Shown in pieces: positions 38,271 through 48,847 of a stretch of DNA of 64,000 nt. The DNA lies in the NCBI GenBank assembly GCA_050950105.1, contig JBMNGZ010000008.1, positions 121,416-185,415 of the forward strand. The letters are read 5' to 3'. Position 1 is the stretch's first letter, and the number at the start of each line of letters is the position of its first letter. A program made the position numbers and the translations under genes. Source of the stretch: Candidatus Hydrogenedentales bacterium (lineage in GTDB: Bacteria > Hydrogenedentota > Hydrogenedentia > Hydrogenedentales > SLHB01). The notes below the pieces were generated by a model, which saw nothing but the letters and a program-made list of their open reading frames with translations, searched no databases and was not told where the DNA came from.

Positions 38271-39364
38271 GGCTCAAGTTTTTCCAGGCTGCCGGTGTTG
38301 AGGCGTCGGAGCAGATCCGCGGCGCGTGTAAGGTTCAAACGTCCCTGTTCGATGGGCAGGGGCGCGTCGAGCAGGTTTGCCGCGAACCAGTTCCAGGTGT
38401 CGAGCCCTGCCGCGACATCGGCTTCATTCACGAAGGCGGCCAGCCGGCCCAGGGCAATGAGGCCCACGGGAGACTCGAACGAGGAGCTGATCACGGGCAT
38501 CATGCCCAAGTTGATGGCTTTTCGCGCGAGAAACATCGCGATCTCGAACCCGCCCAGCAGCGTGGGTTTTATGACGGCGGCCCGGGCGCCGCGCCACTGC
38601 TGCAGCTCGTATTCTCCCTGCTCGGTGACGGTCTCGTCGAGGGCCACCGGCAACCCGGAGCGCCCGGCGAATGCCACGAGGTCCGCGGGATCCCGGAGCG
38701 GCTCTTCGATGTATTCGATGGCACATCCTTCAATGGCTTGAGCAAACGCCATGGCGTCGGGCAGTTCCCAGAGCCGGCCGGCATCGAGCCGCACAGCACA
38801 CTGGCCCTTGCACAGGGCGCACAACGCGCGCACGGTGTCCGCGTCTTCCCCGGGCGATTCCCGCCCTACCTTGAGTTTGAGGGTGGCATAGCCCTCGCGC
38901 AGCAGCGTCTCCGCCCGCGCAAGCACGGCGTCACGGGTTCCCCAGAGAAGCCCGTTGATCGAGATCGACGTCCGGTGCGGCTGCGAGGCCAGTCCAAACG
39001 CGGGAACGGCGTGTTCGGCCGTCAAAAGCTGCAACAGGGCGCTCTGGACCGCGAATTTCAGCGAATTCACCAATTCGAAGGGCATCAGCCAGCGTTCGAA
39101 ATGGTCCGTCACCAGTTCGAGGCGCGGCGGCAGCGTTGCGCCGCAGAGCGTTTTCGCCAGCATCAGCGCCTGCTGGCGGGTCTCGTCCAGGCCCTCGCGG
39201 CTGAAACAGGGCAACGGGGCCGCCTCGCCGAACGCGAACGCACCGGCTTCGTTTTCAAATCGCAGAAGCAGGCCGGCTCGTGACGTGCAGATGCAATCCC
39301 GCAACGCCAGCGGGCGGACAAGCGGGAGGTCGTACCGAAAGACGTCTACGCGGGCAATCCTCAT
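38267..39364 (-). CDS. menC: O-succinylbenzoate synthase
   Basis: GEAAPLP, KLKVG, RLDA, YIEEP, ALDE, VIKPT (enolase superfamily). ATG overlaps the menA stop. Confidence 0.9.
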   Translation of the reverse strand: MRIARVDVFRYDLPLVRPLALRDCICTSRAGLLLRFENEAGAFAFGEAAPLPCFSREGLDETRQQALMLAKTLCGATLPPRLELVTDHFERWLMPFELVNSLKFAVQSALLQLLTAEHAVPAFGLASQPHRTSISINGLLWGTRDAVLARAETLLREGYATLKLKVGRESPGEDADTVRALCALCKGQCAVRLDAGRLWELPDAMAFAQAIEGCAIEYIEEPLRDPADLVAFAGRSGLPVALDETVTEQGEYELQQWRGARAAVIKPTLLGGFEIAMFLARKAINLGMMPVISSSFESPVGLIALGRLAAFVNEADVAAGLDTWNWFAANLLDAPLPIEQGRLNLTRAADLLRRLNTGSLEKLEP

Positions 39365-40254
39365 AGAATGCTGCCCACTGAAAAGAGGACGCTGTACAGC
39401 AGCAGCATGGCGCCGGTACGGGCCAGCGCGCGGTTCAATGCCGGGCCGTCGCGCCGAAAAAACACGATGCGAAGCGTCGGTGCGGCGATAAAGACCAATA
39501 CCGCTGGGCACAGCATGAACCACAGGTCGCCCTCGTGCACGTAGAAACAGGTCGGCACGCCCACGCACGCAGCTACCACGCAAAACAGGTATTCCGCGCG
39601 TGCGAATCCGCGTCCGAAGCGCACCGCCAGGGTTTTCTTGTTTGCTTTGCGATCTTCGTCCACGTCGCGCAGGTTGTTCACGGTAAGCAGGGCCACCGCG
39701 AGCAGGCCGGGGCCCAGGCCCGCCACAAACGGCGCCGCCTGCAACGTGAGCGTTTGCAGGTAATAGGTCCCGACCACCGCCACCGGCCCGAAAAACACCA
39801 GCACAAACACGTCGGCAAGGCCCGTATAAGCCAATGAAAACGGCCCTGCCGTGTAGATGATGCCAAACACGACCGAAAGCAGGCCGATCGCGATGAACGG
39901 CCAGCCGCCACGCCAGACAATGTATGCCCCCGGAATAAAGGCCAGCAGATACGTCACCAGCGCAGCGCGCAGCACGTGAATGGGTTCCACCAGGCCCGAC
40001 TGTGTCGCGCGCAGCGGACCTTTCCGTTCCGCGGTATCAGCTCCTTTCAGGTAATCGAAGTAGTCGTTGGCGAAATTTGTGGCGATCTGGATCAACAGCG
40101 CTCCCGTGAGCGCGCAAAACGCGGCAGGCAGGTGGCTGGCCCGGTGGCCCAGTGCGAGCGCCGTACCGACAATGACCGGCGACACAGCCGCCCCCAGCGT
40201 TCTTGGACGCGCTGCCTCGATCCAGGCGTCTGTTGGTGTGAGTTCGTCTATCAT
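39361..40254 (-). CDS. menA: DHNA polyprenyltransferase
   Basis: AARPRTL, NFANDYFD, NNLRDVDED, KKTLAVRFG. Confidence 0.95.
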   Translation of the reverse strand: MIDELTPTDAWIEAARPRTLGAAVSPVIVGTALALGHRASHLPAAFCALTGALLIQIATNFANDYFDYLKGADTAERKGPLRATQSGLVEPIHVLRAALVTYLLAFIPGAYIVWRGGWPFIAIGLLSVVFGIIYTAGPFSLAYTGLADVFVLVFFGPVAVVGTYYLQTLTLQAAPFVAGLGPGLLAVALLTVNNLRDVDEDRKANKKTLAVRFGRGFARAEYLFCVVAACVGVPTCFYVHEGDLWFMLCPAVLVFIAAPTLRIVFFRRDGPALNRALARTGAMLLLYSVLFSVGSIL

Positions 40255-40296
40255 GGTGCTTGGAGCCGCCGCCGCGGCGGCTCGACCGTACCTCCG

Positions 40297-41118
40297 TTAG
40301 GGATGGCGCGGATACTTGCCGAAATCCGGCGGCCGTTTCTCATTGAAGGCGTTCCGCCCTTCCTGTGCCTCGGGGGACTGGTAAAACAGCAGGGTCGCAT
40401 TCCCGGCCAGTTCCTGCAATCCGGCCTGCCCGTCGCAATCCGCGTTCAGGGCCGCCTTGAGACAGCGCAGGGCCGTGGGGGAATTCGCCAGGATTTCGCG
40501 GCACCATTGCACCGTTTCCTCCTCGAGCCGTTCGTACGGCACGACCGCGTTGACCAGTCCCATGTCCAGCGCCTGGCGGGCGGAATACTGCCGGCACAGA
40601 AACCAAATCTCTCGGGCTTTTTTCTGTCCCACGATCCGTGCCATGTAACTCGCCCCGTATCCCCCGTCAAATGAGCCCACCTTCGGGCCGGTCTGCCCGA
40701 AAACCGCATTGTCGGCCGCGATGGTCAGGTCCGCCATCAGATGGAGCACGTGCCCTCCACCGATGGCATATCCCGCGACCATCGCGATAATGGGTTTGGG
40801 GCAGGTTCGCATCTCGCGCTGGAAATCCAGCACATTGAGGCGGTGGCGTCCCGTGTCATCGACATACCCGGCCTCGCCCCGGATTTTCTGGTCGCCGCCC
40901 GAGCAGAAGGCTTTCTCGCCCTCCCCCGTTAAGATGATGACTCCGATGTCGGGATCAAATCGCGCATCGGAAAGCGCCTGCGACATCTCATCGACGGTCA
41001 GCGGCCGGAACGCGTTGCGCCGTTCCGGGCGGTTGATGGTGATTTTTGCAATGCCTTCCGCCTTTTCGTAGCGGATGTCCGTAAAGGCGCCGGCGCGGCT
41101 CCAGGTGATGCTGGCCAT
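40297..41118 (-). CDS. menB: 1,4-dihydroxy-2-naphthoyl-CoA synthase
   Basis: [40 protein letters not shown]. Confidence 0.97.
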   Translation of the reverse strand: MASITWSRAGAFTDIRYEKAEGIAKITINRPERRNAFRPLTVDEMSQALSDARFDPDIGVIILTGEGEKAFCSGGDQKIRGEAGYVDDTGRHRLNVLDFQREMRTCPKPIIAMVAGYAIGGGHVLHLMADLTIAADNAVFGQTGPKVGSFDGGYGASYMARIVGQKKAREIWFLCRQYSARQALDMGLVNAVVPYERLEEETVQWCREILANSPTALRCLKAALNADCDGQAGLQELAGNATLLFYQSPEAQEGRNAFNEKRPPDFGKYPRHP

Positions 41119-41135
41119 CGCTGACTCTCCTGTAT

Positions 41136-41966
41136 CTATGGATGCTGCGGCTCGTGCGCGGGCGTTCCGCGCAGCCCGTCAAGCCATTTCCGCAAAAGCG
41201 TAGTATAGTCCCCCGGTTTTTCGAAGTGTACATTGTGGCCCGCCCCGGACACCACCGCCGTGCTTGCGCGGGGCATCTTCGCGCCGATCGCCGCGGCCAG
41301 TGCACCGTATTTGGCGTCATATTCTCCCGCGATCAGCAGTGCCGGCATGGCCGCCTCCGCCAGCCGGTTCCACAACGAGGATTGCACCCCCGTGCCCATG
41401 CCGCGCAGGACCCGGGCCAGCTCACGAGGATTGTTGTTGCGACGCCGCATCAGCAGCTCCTCAAACCGTTCGCCGCAACCGTGCAATGATTCGAACATCG
41501 GCGTGCTGTACCAGTGCGACAGGAACGCCTCCCAGTCGCCGGTCTCCAGCTCGACCGCGCGTTGCTCGTCCGCTACGCGCCGTTCCGAGCGTTCTGTTTC
41601 GCTGCGCAGGCCCGGCGACGCCGATTCCAGGACCAGGGCTTGTACGCGATCGGCATACTCCAGCGCCAGATGGAGGGCAAGACGGCCTCCCATCGAATAG
41701 CCCACAAGCGTAAGCGGGCCAGGCGCGATCTGGTCCATCAGGCGCATCACATCCCCCGACACCGCGGCCATCGTGTACGCGGCGTCATCGCGGCGCACCG
41801 GCGTGCGCCCGTGGCCAGGCAGATCCGGCGCCACACAGCGATAATCGGGCGGCAATCCTTGTGCAATCGGACGCCAGTCTTCGCCGGAACCCATGAATCC
41901 GTGCAGAAACAGGACCGTTTTGTCTCCGGCCGGATTCAGCATCCAATAGTGAAGTTCACGCGCCAT
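41136..41966 (-). CDS. menH: SHCHC synthase
   Basis: LHGFMG, DLPGHG, GYSMGGR, ESASPGL, AGHNVH. Confidence 0.9.
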   Translation of the reverse strand: MARELHYWMLNPAGDKTVLFLHGFMGSGEDWRPIAQGLPPDYRCVAPDLPGHGRTPVRRDDAAYTMAAVSGDVMRLMDQIAPGPLTLVGYSMGGRLALHLALEYADRVQALVLESASPGLRSETERSERRVADEQRAVELETGDWEAFLSHWYSTPMFESLHGCGERFEELLMRRRNNNPRELARVLRGMGTGVQSSLWNRLAEAAMPALLIAGEYDAKYGALAAAIGAKMPRASTAVVSGAGHNVHFEKPGDYTTLLRKWLDGLRGTPAHEPQHP

Positions 41967-41985
41967 GACCCTCTGTCCAGGTTCG

Positions 41986-43755
41986 TCAGGCCTGCAGAGC
42001 CTTGAATACCTCTTCGTCAATTGCTTTGTGGAGCGCCACATTCTCCGCGCGGGCGGTCGTGATCTCGAGCAGCGTGGCGCCGGCATGTTCCAACGCAGCG
42101 GTGTACGCCTCTTTCAGAGCGCCCATCGAGTCCGGTTTCGCGTAGGCCAGGCCGAAGAGCGCCGCTGCGTTCTCAAAAGAGAGCCCGTGAGGCGTCGCGA
42201 AATAGGGGTCGAAAAGCGCGGTTTGAGACGAAACCGGCAGAAAATGGAAGATGCCGCCGCCGTTATTGTTGATAATCACCAGCACCGTGGGAGTTCTTAT
42301 CGTACGCAGTAATGCGAGGCTGTTGAGGTCGTGAAGCGCCGCGAGATCGCCTACGAGCGCCGTAAGCGCGCGGCCGCTTCCGAAAGCCGCGCCCGCCACG
42401 GTGGCGATGGCGCCGTCAATCCCGCTGGCGCCGCGGTTGGCGAAAACCACGGGTCCCGGCCCGCATGCGGAGGCATAGCGCTGCCCATCCCGGATGGGCA
42501 TGCTGTTGCCCAGGAACAATGCATCGGACGGCCCGGCATTCGCGGCGATGTATCGCGCAAGCGCCGGCTCGGTCAGGTCCCGGTGCATCGAAAAGAAGTG
42601 GTCCAGGGAGCGCGCGGCTCGTTCCTGATAGCCTCGCACGTGTTCAAACCAGGCGCCGGAGGCGTTGTTCGGGAGGCTATTCACGGTTCCACTGCCGGCG
42701 AAAGCGTCACAGATCTGGGGGAGAGCCGCCTGGATGCGCCAGGATACGAGATGGCCGGGATCATCGCGTTCGGGATGGCTGCTTATCCGCACGCAGCGCG
42801 CCGGGCGATGGTACTCGAGCCAGCGTTGAAAACTTTTTGAGACCATGGGGCCGCCCAGCTGGAGCACCAGATCGGGCTGGAGTTCCCGCGCGATTTCCGG
42901 CGCGGAAAGAAACAGATCAAAATGGGTCATCACGGAAGAGTCCGGAGGTCCCAGGCGGAGCCCGGAGGCTACGTCCGGGAAGACCGGGCATCGCAGCAGG
43001 GAGGCCAGCGCCGCAACCGCAGCCCGGTCTGCCGCGCGATTCAATTGACCCACGGCTACGACGGGCCGCTGCGCTTCCCCTGTCATCTCGTACAATCGGC
43101 GCACGGTCGCCGGCTCGAGGCCCATCTGAGTGGGCGCATACGCCGTATACGGTTCGCCGGAGTTGAGCCAGGGCGAAGAGGCGTGAACCTCCGACTTCCA
43201 GGCCATTTCGCCGGGGACGAGTGGCTCGCGGTAGGGACAGTTGAGGTGGACGGGCCCCGCATCCGGTCCGCAGGCGCGGAAGACGGCCTGATCGACGGTG
43301 GTCAACACGAACGCCTGAGGGATATCCCGGGTGGGACACGGCAAATCGAAGCGCCAGCGGGTGTACGGGCCAAACAGGCCCGCCTGGAGAATGGTTTGGT
43401 TCGCGCCGGTCTCTCGCAATTCAGGAGGCCGGTCCGCGGTCAGCACCATCAGGGGGATGCGCGAGCGGTCCGCCTCTATGACGGCCGGAAGGTAATTGGC
43501 AGCGGCCGTTCCCGAGGTGCAGATCAGCGCCGCCGGTTTTTCGGTGGCTCGGGCGTATCCCAGCGCGAAATAAGCCGCCCCGCGTTCATCAAAATGCACC
43601 ACGCAGCGTGCGCGGGCATTCTGTGCGGCGGCCATCGTGAGCGGCGTGGAGCGGGAACCGGGTGAGATGCAAAAGGTGGTGACGCCGTTACGCAGCAGTT
43701 CCTCGACCAGCAGCCCGGCCCAGAGATGATTCAGCGTCTCGGCGGTATCAGTCAT
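41986..43755 (-). CDS. menD: SEPHCHC synthase
   Basis: SPGSRSTPL, DERGAAYFALG, TSGTAAAN, NRGASGIDG, GDLAALHD, NNNGGGIF. Confidence 0.96.
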   Translation of the reverse strand: MTDTAETLNHLWAGLLVEELLRNGVTTFCISPGSRSTPLTMAAAQNARARCVVHFDERGAAYFALGYARATEKPAALICTSGTAAANYLPAVIEADRSRIPLMVLTADRPPELRETGANQTILQAGLFGPYTRWRFDLPCPTRDIPQAFVLTTVDQAVFRACGPDAGPVHLNCPYREPLVPGEMAWKSEVHASSPWLNSGEPYTAYAPTQMGLEPATVRRLYEMTGEAQRPVVAVGQLNRAADRAAVAALASLLRCPVFPDVASGLRLGPPDSSVMTHFDLFLSAPEIARELQPDLVLQLGGPMVSKSFQRWLEYHRPARCVRISSHPERDDPGHLVSWRIQAALPQICDAFAGSGTVNSLPNNASGAWFEHVRGYQERAARSLDHFFSMHRDLTEPALARYIAANAGPSDALFLGNSMPIRDGQRYASACGPGPVVFANRGASGIDGAIATVAGAAFGSGRALTALVGDLAALHDLNSLALLRTIRTPTVLVIINNNGGGIFHFLPVSSQTALFDPYFATPHGLSFENAAALFGLAYAKPDSMGALKEAYTAALEHAGATLLEITTARAENVALHKAIDEEVFKALQA

Positions 43756-45154
43756 GGTCTCCGGTGAGCGCGCTCAGCGCGTTGCTCAGTTTCGTCTCGA
43801 CTTCGTCCCATTCGCCGCCCGGCGTAGAACCCGCGACAATGCCCGCCCCCGAGTATAACGACAGCGTCTCGCCGCGTACCAGCCCCGACCGAATCGCCAC
43901 GGCAAACTCGCTCGATTCCGGTCCAACCCATCCCACCGGTCCCGCATACCATCCCCGATCGAACGGCTCCTGTTTGCGAATAAATTCGACGGCCCTGTCC
44001 GTAGGGACGCCCCCCACCGCGGGGCTCGGATGCAATGCCTGCACCAGGGCCGCATCCGACACGCCGTCGTTCAAGATGCCCTCCAGCGGGCACCACAGAT
44101 GCTGACAATTCGGAAGTTTCAGCACGGAGATCTCTCGTGTGCCATCGACGCTCCGGCACAGCCGTTCAAATACTTCCTCAATGGCGCGCACGACGAACGC
44201 ATGTTCGCGGCGATCTTTGTCGCATGCGAGCAGCTCGCGTGCCAGGGCTGCATCCTCGGGGTCCGTGGCTCCGCGTGGGCGGGTGCTGGCTATCGCCTCG
44301 CTCGCCACGCGCCTGCCCTGCCGGTGGTAGAGCCGCTCGGGCGTTGCGCCCAGAAATGCCGTATCCGCGCCCAGCCGAAAACAAAACGCATAAGAGGCCG
44401 GCGTCCGGGCCTGTATCCGCCTAAGCAGCGCAAGCGGATCCAGCGGAGCGTTGAACGAGAATACGGTTCGCCGCGAAAGAACCACCTTCGCCAGATGGTC
44501 TCGCCGGATGGCTTCCAGCGCAGCAGCGATCAGTGGTTCCCAAGCTGCGGAATCGGGTTGGTCCTGCCGCTGTTCTGGAACGGGCAGGGACTCCGGGACG
44601 ACGTTTTCGGGGAATTTCAGGGCGTCGAGCCCGGCCAGCGTGCGTTCGGATTCCTCCTCGCAGTCCGTGGCTGACCGCAAAAGCACCGTACACACCAGAT
44701 ACGACTGCGTGCCGCGATTTTCCAGTTGAAAGCGCGGGAGGATGAACCGGTACCTGCCAAACGGCTGCCATTCGGCCGAAGGTTCCCGCGCGGGGTTGAA
44801 GGCGATTCCCCCGTAGTACCGCAGGCGGGGATGCGCCGGTGTCAGACAACGTTGCAGCGCCGTAAATGCGGATTCGAGGTTGCCATCATCTCCGGCCAGA
44901 ACGTGGGCAACCTCCACGCCGGCGATCTGCTCGAGGCCGTCGCGCCCGGCCCAATACACGCTGTGGTCCGCTTGCTGGGCACGGAGCCAGTCGAGCGCAT
45001 CCATGTGCACGACGGGCGCCTCGAAACGCAGGCACCGGGGAAAGGCCGGGGACGCCGTGCTGGCGGCCTTCATTGCCTGTGATACCTGGGTCGCCAGCCA
45101 GTCCCGGGCGCGGCCGGGGTCCAGCGCCGCTGTCTGCGGCTGTTGCGCCCTCAT
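43748..45154 (-). CDS. menF: Isochorismate synthase
   Basis: KVVLSR, FLGATPERL, KDRREH, LHPSPAVGG, FDRGWYAGPVG, GAGIV. Confidence 0.92.
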   Translation of the reverse strand: MRAQQPQTAALDPGRARDWLATQVSQAMKAASTASPAFPRCLRFEAPVVHMDALDWLRAQQADHSVYWAGRDGLEQIAGVEVAHVLAGDDGNLESAFTALQRCLTPAHPRLRYYGGIAFNPAREPSAEWQPFGRYRFILPRFQLENRGTQSYLVCTVLLRSATDCEEESERTLAGLDALKFPENVVPESLPVPEQRQDQPDSAAWEPLIAAALEAIRRDHLAKVVLSRRTVFSFNAPLDPLALLRRIQARTPASYAFCFRLGADTAFLGATPERLYHRQGRRVASEAIASTRPRGATDPEDAALARELLACDKDRREHAFVVRAIEEVFERLCRSVDGTREISVLKLPNCQHLWCPLEGILNDGVSDAALVQALHPSPAVGGVPTDRAVEFIRKQEPFDRGWYAGPVGWVGPESSEFAVAIRSGLVRGETLSLYSGAGIVAGSTPGGEWDEVETKLSNALSALTGDHD

Positions 45155-45160
45155 GACAGC

Positions 45161-45889
45161 CTACCGCTCTCCACTGTAGATCGTGGCAATCCCCAGCGTC
45201 TGGGGACAGGCCTGCACTCTATGGAAGCCCGCCTCGCGCATCAGGTCGCAAAATGTCTCTGAGCAGGGGAAACTCTCAATGGTTCGGTTCAGGTATTCAT
45301 AGGCCGCTGCGTCACCGGACACATATCCCCCGATGCGCGTCATCACGTGCCGGAGATAGAACAGGTACACCTGGCAGAAAGGTCCCCGTGGAATCGAAAA
45401 TTCGAGGATGAGCAGGCGGCCTCCGGAACGCAGCACCCGTCGCGTTTCCTGCAAGGCGGTAAACATCTGCTCCACGTTTCGAATGCCAAATGCCATGGTC
45501 ACGGCATCAAAGAAGCCATCGGCCGCCGCGATCGAGGTCGCGTCGGCTCGCACCAGCTGCGCGGCATGACGAAGCGGGCGCCCGCGAAGTTTTTCTCTCC
45601 CGCGGGACAGCATTTTCGCGGACATATCCATGCCCATTATGCGGCCGACGTTCGGATTTTCGTCCTGGATTGCGAAGAGCATGTCCCCCGTACCTGTGGC
45701 CAGGTCGAGTACGCGCAGGCCGGGCCTGTCGGGCAGCATCCGCGCCACCTGCCGGCGCCACAGCTGATCGAGCCGGAACGACAGCACGCGGTTCAGCAGG
45801 TCATATCGACGCACAATGCGATCGAACATGCGCCAACTGTCCCGGCGTGCGGGAAACACCGTACTTTGCGAAGTCACGTAATCGGTCAT
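45161..45889 (-). CDS. menG: Demethylmenaquinone methyltransferase (MenG/UbiE)
   Basis: MFDRI..RYDLLNRVLS, LDLATGTGD, FGIRNV, AYEYL..TIESFP. Confidence 0.9.
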   Translation of the reverse strand: MTDYVTSQSTVFPARRDSWRMFDRIVRRYDLLNRVLSFRLDQLWRRQVARMLPDRPGLRVLDLATGTGDMLFAIQDENPNVGRIMGMDMSAKMLSRGREKLRGRPLRHAAQLVRADATSIAAADGFFDAVTMAFGIRNVEQMFTALQETRRVLRSGGRLLILEFSIPRGPFCQVYLFYLRHVMTRIGGYVSGDAAAYEYLNRTIESFPCSETFCDLMREAGFHRVQACPQTLGIATIYSGER

Positions 45890-46127
45890 TCTCTCGTAAT
45901 CCTTGCGTGCGACGTAGGCCGGGCTCAACCGCGGGGACCGGCTGTCCGGCACGGCGGGCTCTTCCGGAAGGAGAAGACAGGGAATTGTCGCATGGATGCG
46001 CCGAAATGTAAAATTTGCCTGTATCCGTCCAGCGTCGCGCAGTCCACGGCCTCACGGAACTAACACCGCGGCGTGGGCATCTCTTCCGAGGCAGTCCCTG
46101 AGTTGCCTTGCGCGCCCTGCGCCTGGT

Positions 46128-46868
46128 TCAGTCCCGGGATTGGGTCTCCGCAGTGCGCTGGCGCTCGAGGAAGGCCTGCACGAAAGGCGTCGCGGGTTGA
46201 TAGAGAATTTCGTCTGGCGAGCCGATCTGGTGACATATTCCGTCTTTGAGCACGGCAATCCGGTGGGCCAGCGCGAGGGCTTCTTCCTGGTCGTGGGTGA
46301 CGTAGATGGCCGTGATGCCGAGCCGCTGCTGAAGCTCGGCAAGCTGCTGGCGCGTGCTGAAACGCAGTTCGGCGTCGAGGTTGCTCAAGGGTTCGTCGAG
46401 AAGAAGAATGCGTGGCCGCACGGCCAGCGCGCGTGCAAGCGCCACCCGCTGCTGCTGGCCCCCGCTGAGTTCGGCCACGGCGCGTTTGCCCAACCCCGCA
46501 AGCTGCACCAGAGCAAGCGATTCGTCAACCCGCGAAACGAGCTGCGCCTTGGGCATTTTGCGCGCGCGCAATCCAAATGCGACATTTTCGAACACGTTCA
46601 TATGCGGAAAGAGGGCGTAACTCTGGAACACCATGGCCGCGTTGCGTTTCTCAGGCGGGAGTTCCGTGACGTCCTGTCCGTCAAATGCGACCCGTCCGGA
46701 ATCGGGCGTTTCGAGACCGGCGGCAATACGCAGTGTGGTTGTTTTTCCGCATCCGCTCGGGCCCAGCAGGGCAAAAAATTCCCCTTCCGCGATGTTGCAG
46801 GAAAATTCGCGGATGCCGCCGCCTTCGGGAAAAAGCCGGGTCACCTGCTGAAATTGCACACTGCTCAT
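46128..46868 (-). CDS. ABC transporter ATP-binding protein (Fe3+/polyamine class)
   Basis: GPSGCGKTT, LSGGQQQRVALARAL, LLDEPLSNLD, VTHDQEEA. Confidence 0.92.
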   Translation of the reverse strand: MSSVQFQQVTRLFPEGGGIREFSCNIAEGEFFALLGPSGCGKTTTLRIAAGLETPDSGRVAFDGQDVTELPPEKRNAAMVFQSYALFPHMNVFENVAFGLRARKMPKAQLVSRVDESLALVQLAGLGKRAVAELSGGQQQRVALARALAVRPRILLLDEPLSNLDAELRFSTRQQLAELQQRLGITAIYVTHDQEEALALAHRIAVLKDGICHQIGSPDEILYQPATPFVQAFLERQRTAETQSRD

Positions 46869-47938
46869 GGGGCGCCGTAGACCTCGGTTTTCCACCGGTT
46901 AATGCGCGCACGCTCCTGTTCCGCGAAGCTGCGCCAGTCGATTTCCATGGCGTCGATGGTCAAATTGTTCATCCATTCCGGCAGCGTAGCGGGTTCCATG
47001 TCGTTGCGGGCGGGCACTTTGGCGTAGGCATGCGCCTGATCTGCCAGGGCCTCGGGGGTCGTGACGAATTCGTAAAAACGCTCGGCCCATTCGCGATGCG
47101 GCGCTCCGGCGACGATCGCGATGCCTTCCGTGATCACCGGCGTGTCCGGCGGCAGGACAGTGTCGAGTGGATAGCCGTTTCGCTCACGCTGGAGGGCGAT
47201 GTCGGCCAACAGCCAGACGCTGATCAGATCCTCATTCCGCTTGAGGTGATCGTACAGGAGCTGCGGGTTGCCCATGTAGGCTTCGGTAGCGTCATCCAGA
47301 TGTTTGAGCCATGCGATGCCCTCATCTTCCGACGGAGCGCGCAGCATCATCGCGCAGACGAAGGTCCGCATCGTGCCCGAGGGCAGGGGTTCGCGGAGGG
47401 TGATCTTCTGATGCCATTCCGGCAGGAGCAGCTCGTCCCAGGTCCGCGGCACCGCGTCTTTGTTGTATTTCCGGTTGTTAAACACGACAGCCAGCGGAGA
47501 AAGGTAGGTTCCGTACCACCGGTGTTCGCTGTCCCGGAACGCGGCCTCCACGCGATCCGCCCATGTCGGACGGTACGGCGCGAGCAGGCCGTCTTCAGCC
47601 GCCTGGATGAACATCGAAGAGGGCGCGCCCCACCAGATATCGGCCTGGGGGTTGTTTCGCTCGCCTTTGATGCGTTCGTAGACCTCCTGCGAGCCCATAT
47701 CGAGGCACTGCACGGTCACACCGGGATACGCCGCTTCGAATTTCGCCTTGTAATCACCCAGCACATCGGGGCCGTGCGGGCTGTAAATCAGCACGGTGTC
47801 TTTTGGCGAAGAGCAGGCCACGAGGCCGGGCAGCACGCTCAAAAACAGAACGCCGAGAGCAGGAATGACCCCAGACCAGACTCCGGCTTTACGTGGGGCA
47901 AATTTTGACAGCAGCGCGTGAGCAGGCGTGCAATTCAC
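46865..47938 (-). CDS. ABC transporter substrate-binding lipoprotein (AfuA-like)
   Basis: Lipobox LVAC, IYSPHG, ERNNPQADIWWG, PRTWDELL, SGT. Confidence 0.8.
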   Translation of the reverse strand: MNCTPAHALLSKFAPRKAGVWSGVIPALGVLFLSVLPGLVACSSPKDTVLIYSPHGPDVLGDYKAKFEAAYPGVTVQCLDMGSQEVYERIKGERNNPQADIWWGAPSSMFIQAAEDGLLAPYRPTWADRVEAAFRDSEHRWYGTYLSPLAVVFNNRKYNKDAVPRTWDELLLPEWHQKITLREPLPSGTMRTFVCAMMLRAPSEDEGIAWLKHLDDATEAYMGNPQLLYDHLKRNEDLISVWLLADIALQRERNGYPLDTVLPPDTPVITEGIAIVAGAPHREWAERFYEFVTTPEALADQAHAYAKVPARNDMEPATLPEWMNNLTIDAMEIDWRSFAEQERARINRWKTEVYGAP

Positions 47939-48643
47939 TCAAGGTTTCCTTATTCGGGCCGGCCGCAGCGCCGCCAGCAGGAAGGTGCGATAAATACGGT
48001 ACGAATCGCGTATCTTTTTGAAATGAGACGATCGATTGTCTTCCTCATAGATGGTGCGTATCGGTTCGGAGACCAGCCGGTAGTCTTCACGCGCCGCTTT
48101 GCTCAGTATGGCCATTTCGGTCTCGTAACGCCCGCCCGGGATCGCCGCCAGGACGTCTTCCAGGAACCGGCGTGAATGGATGCGGTACCCCGATTGCGTG
48201 TCGGGGATGGCCCGGCGAAGCAACACGCGCGTCAGGAGCGCCGTAACTGAATTGCCGAACCAGCTCGCCCACGGGACCTGGTCGCGTTCAAGCGTGCGCG
48301 CACCGATGAGCAGATCCGCCCGCTGCTCAACAAACGCCGCATACAGGCGCGGAAGCTCAGCAGGATCGTGTTGGCCGTCTGCATCAACAACGACCACCGC
48401 AGATATATCCGGCAGCTCCAGAGCGGCCTGGAACCCCGCCAGCATGGCGAATCCTTTGCCGCGGTTCTCGTGGAAGGCCAGGAGGGTGGCGCCCAAATCG
48501 CCCACGGACTGCGCCGATCCGTCCGTGCTCCCATCATCCACGATGAAGACCCGGTCCAGCAGGCCCTCGAGCTGCATGACCACGGCGCGGACGCGGCCGC
48601 CCGCATTGTAGCACGGGACTACTGCGGCGAGCTGCGTCCGCAT
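47939..48643 (-). CDS. Glycosyltransferase family 2
   Basis: [33 protein letters not shown]. Confidence 0.9.
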   Translation of the reverse strand: MRTQLAAVVPCYNAGGRVRAVVMQLEGLLDRVFIVDDGSTDGSAQSVGDLGATLLAFHENRGKGFAMLAGFQAALELPDISAVVVVDADGQHDPAELPRLYAAFVEQRADLLIGARTLERDQVPWASWFGNSVTALLTRVLLRRAIPDTQSGYRIHSRRFLEDVLAAIPGGRYETEMAILSKAAREDYRLVSEPIRTIYEEDNRSSHFKKIRDSYRIYRTFLLAALRPARIRKP

Positions 48644-48847
48644 GGCGCGTGTACCCTGTCCAGCGTCGTCCATGGCCCGTATTGTAGCGTCACAACCCGT
48701 TTGCGGCAATCGGCCCGGCCGCGGGTTCTCTGCTGCCCCGCTGCGCCTGGCTGCCGGGTTTGCCGCGAGCTCATGGCGTTCCTGTATAATGATTTTCGAG
48801 AGTCTGGGAATCGGCAGCCAGTCCGAGCCGTGCAGAAGGGAAGAACC

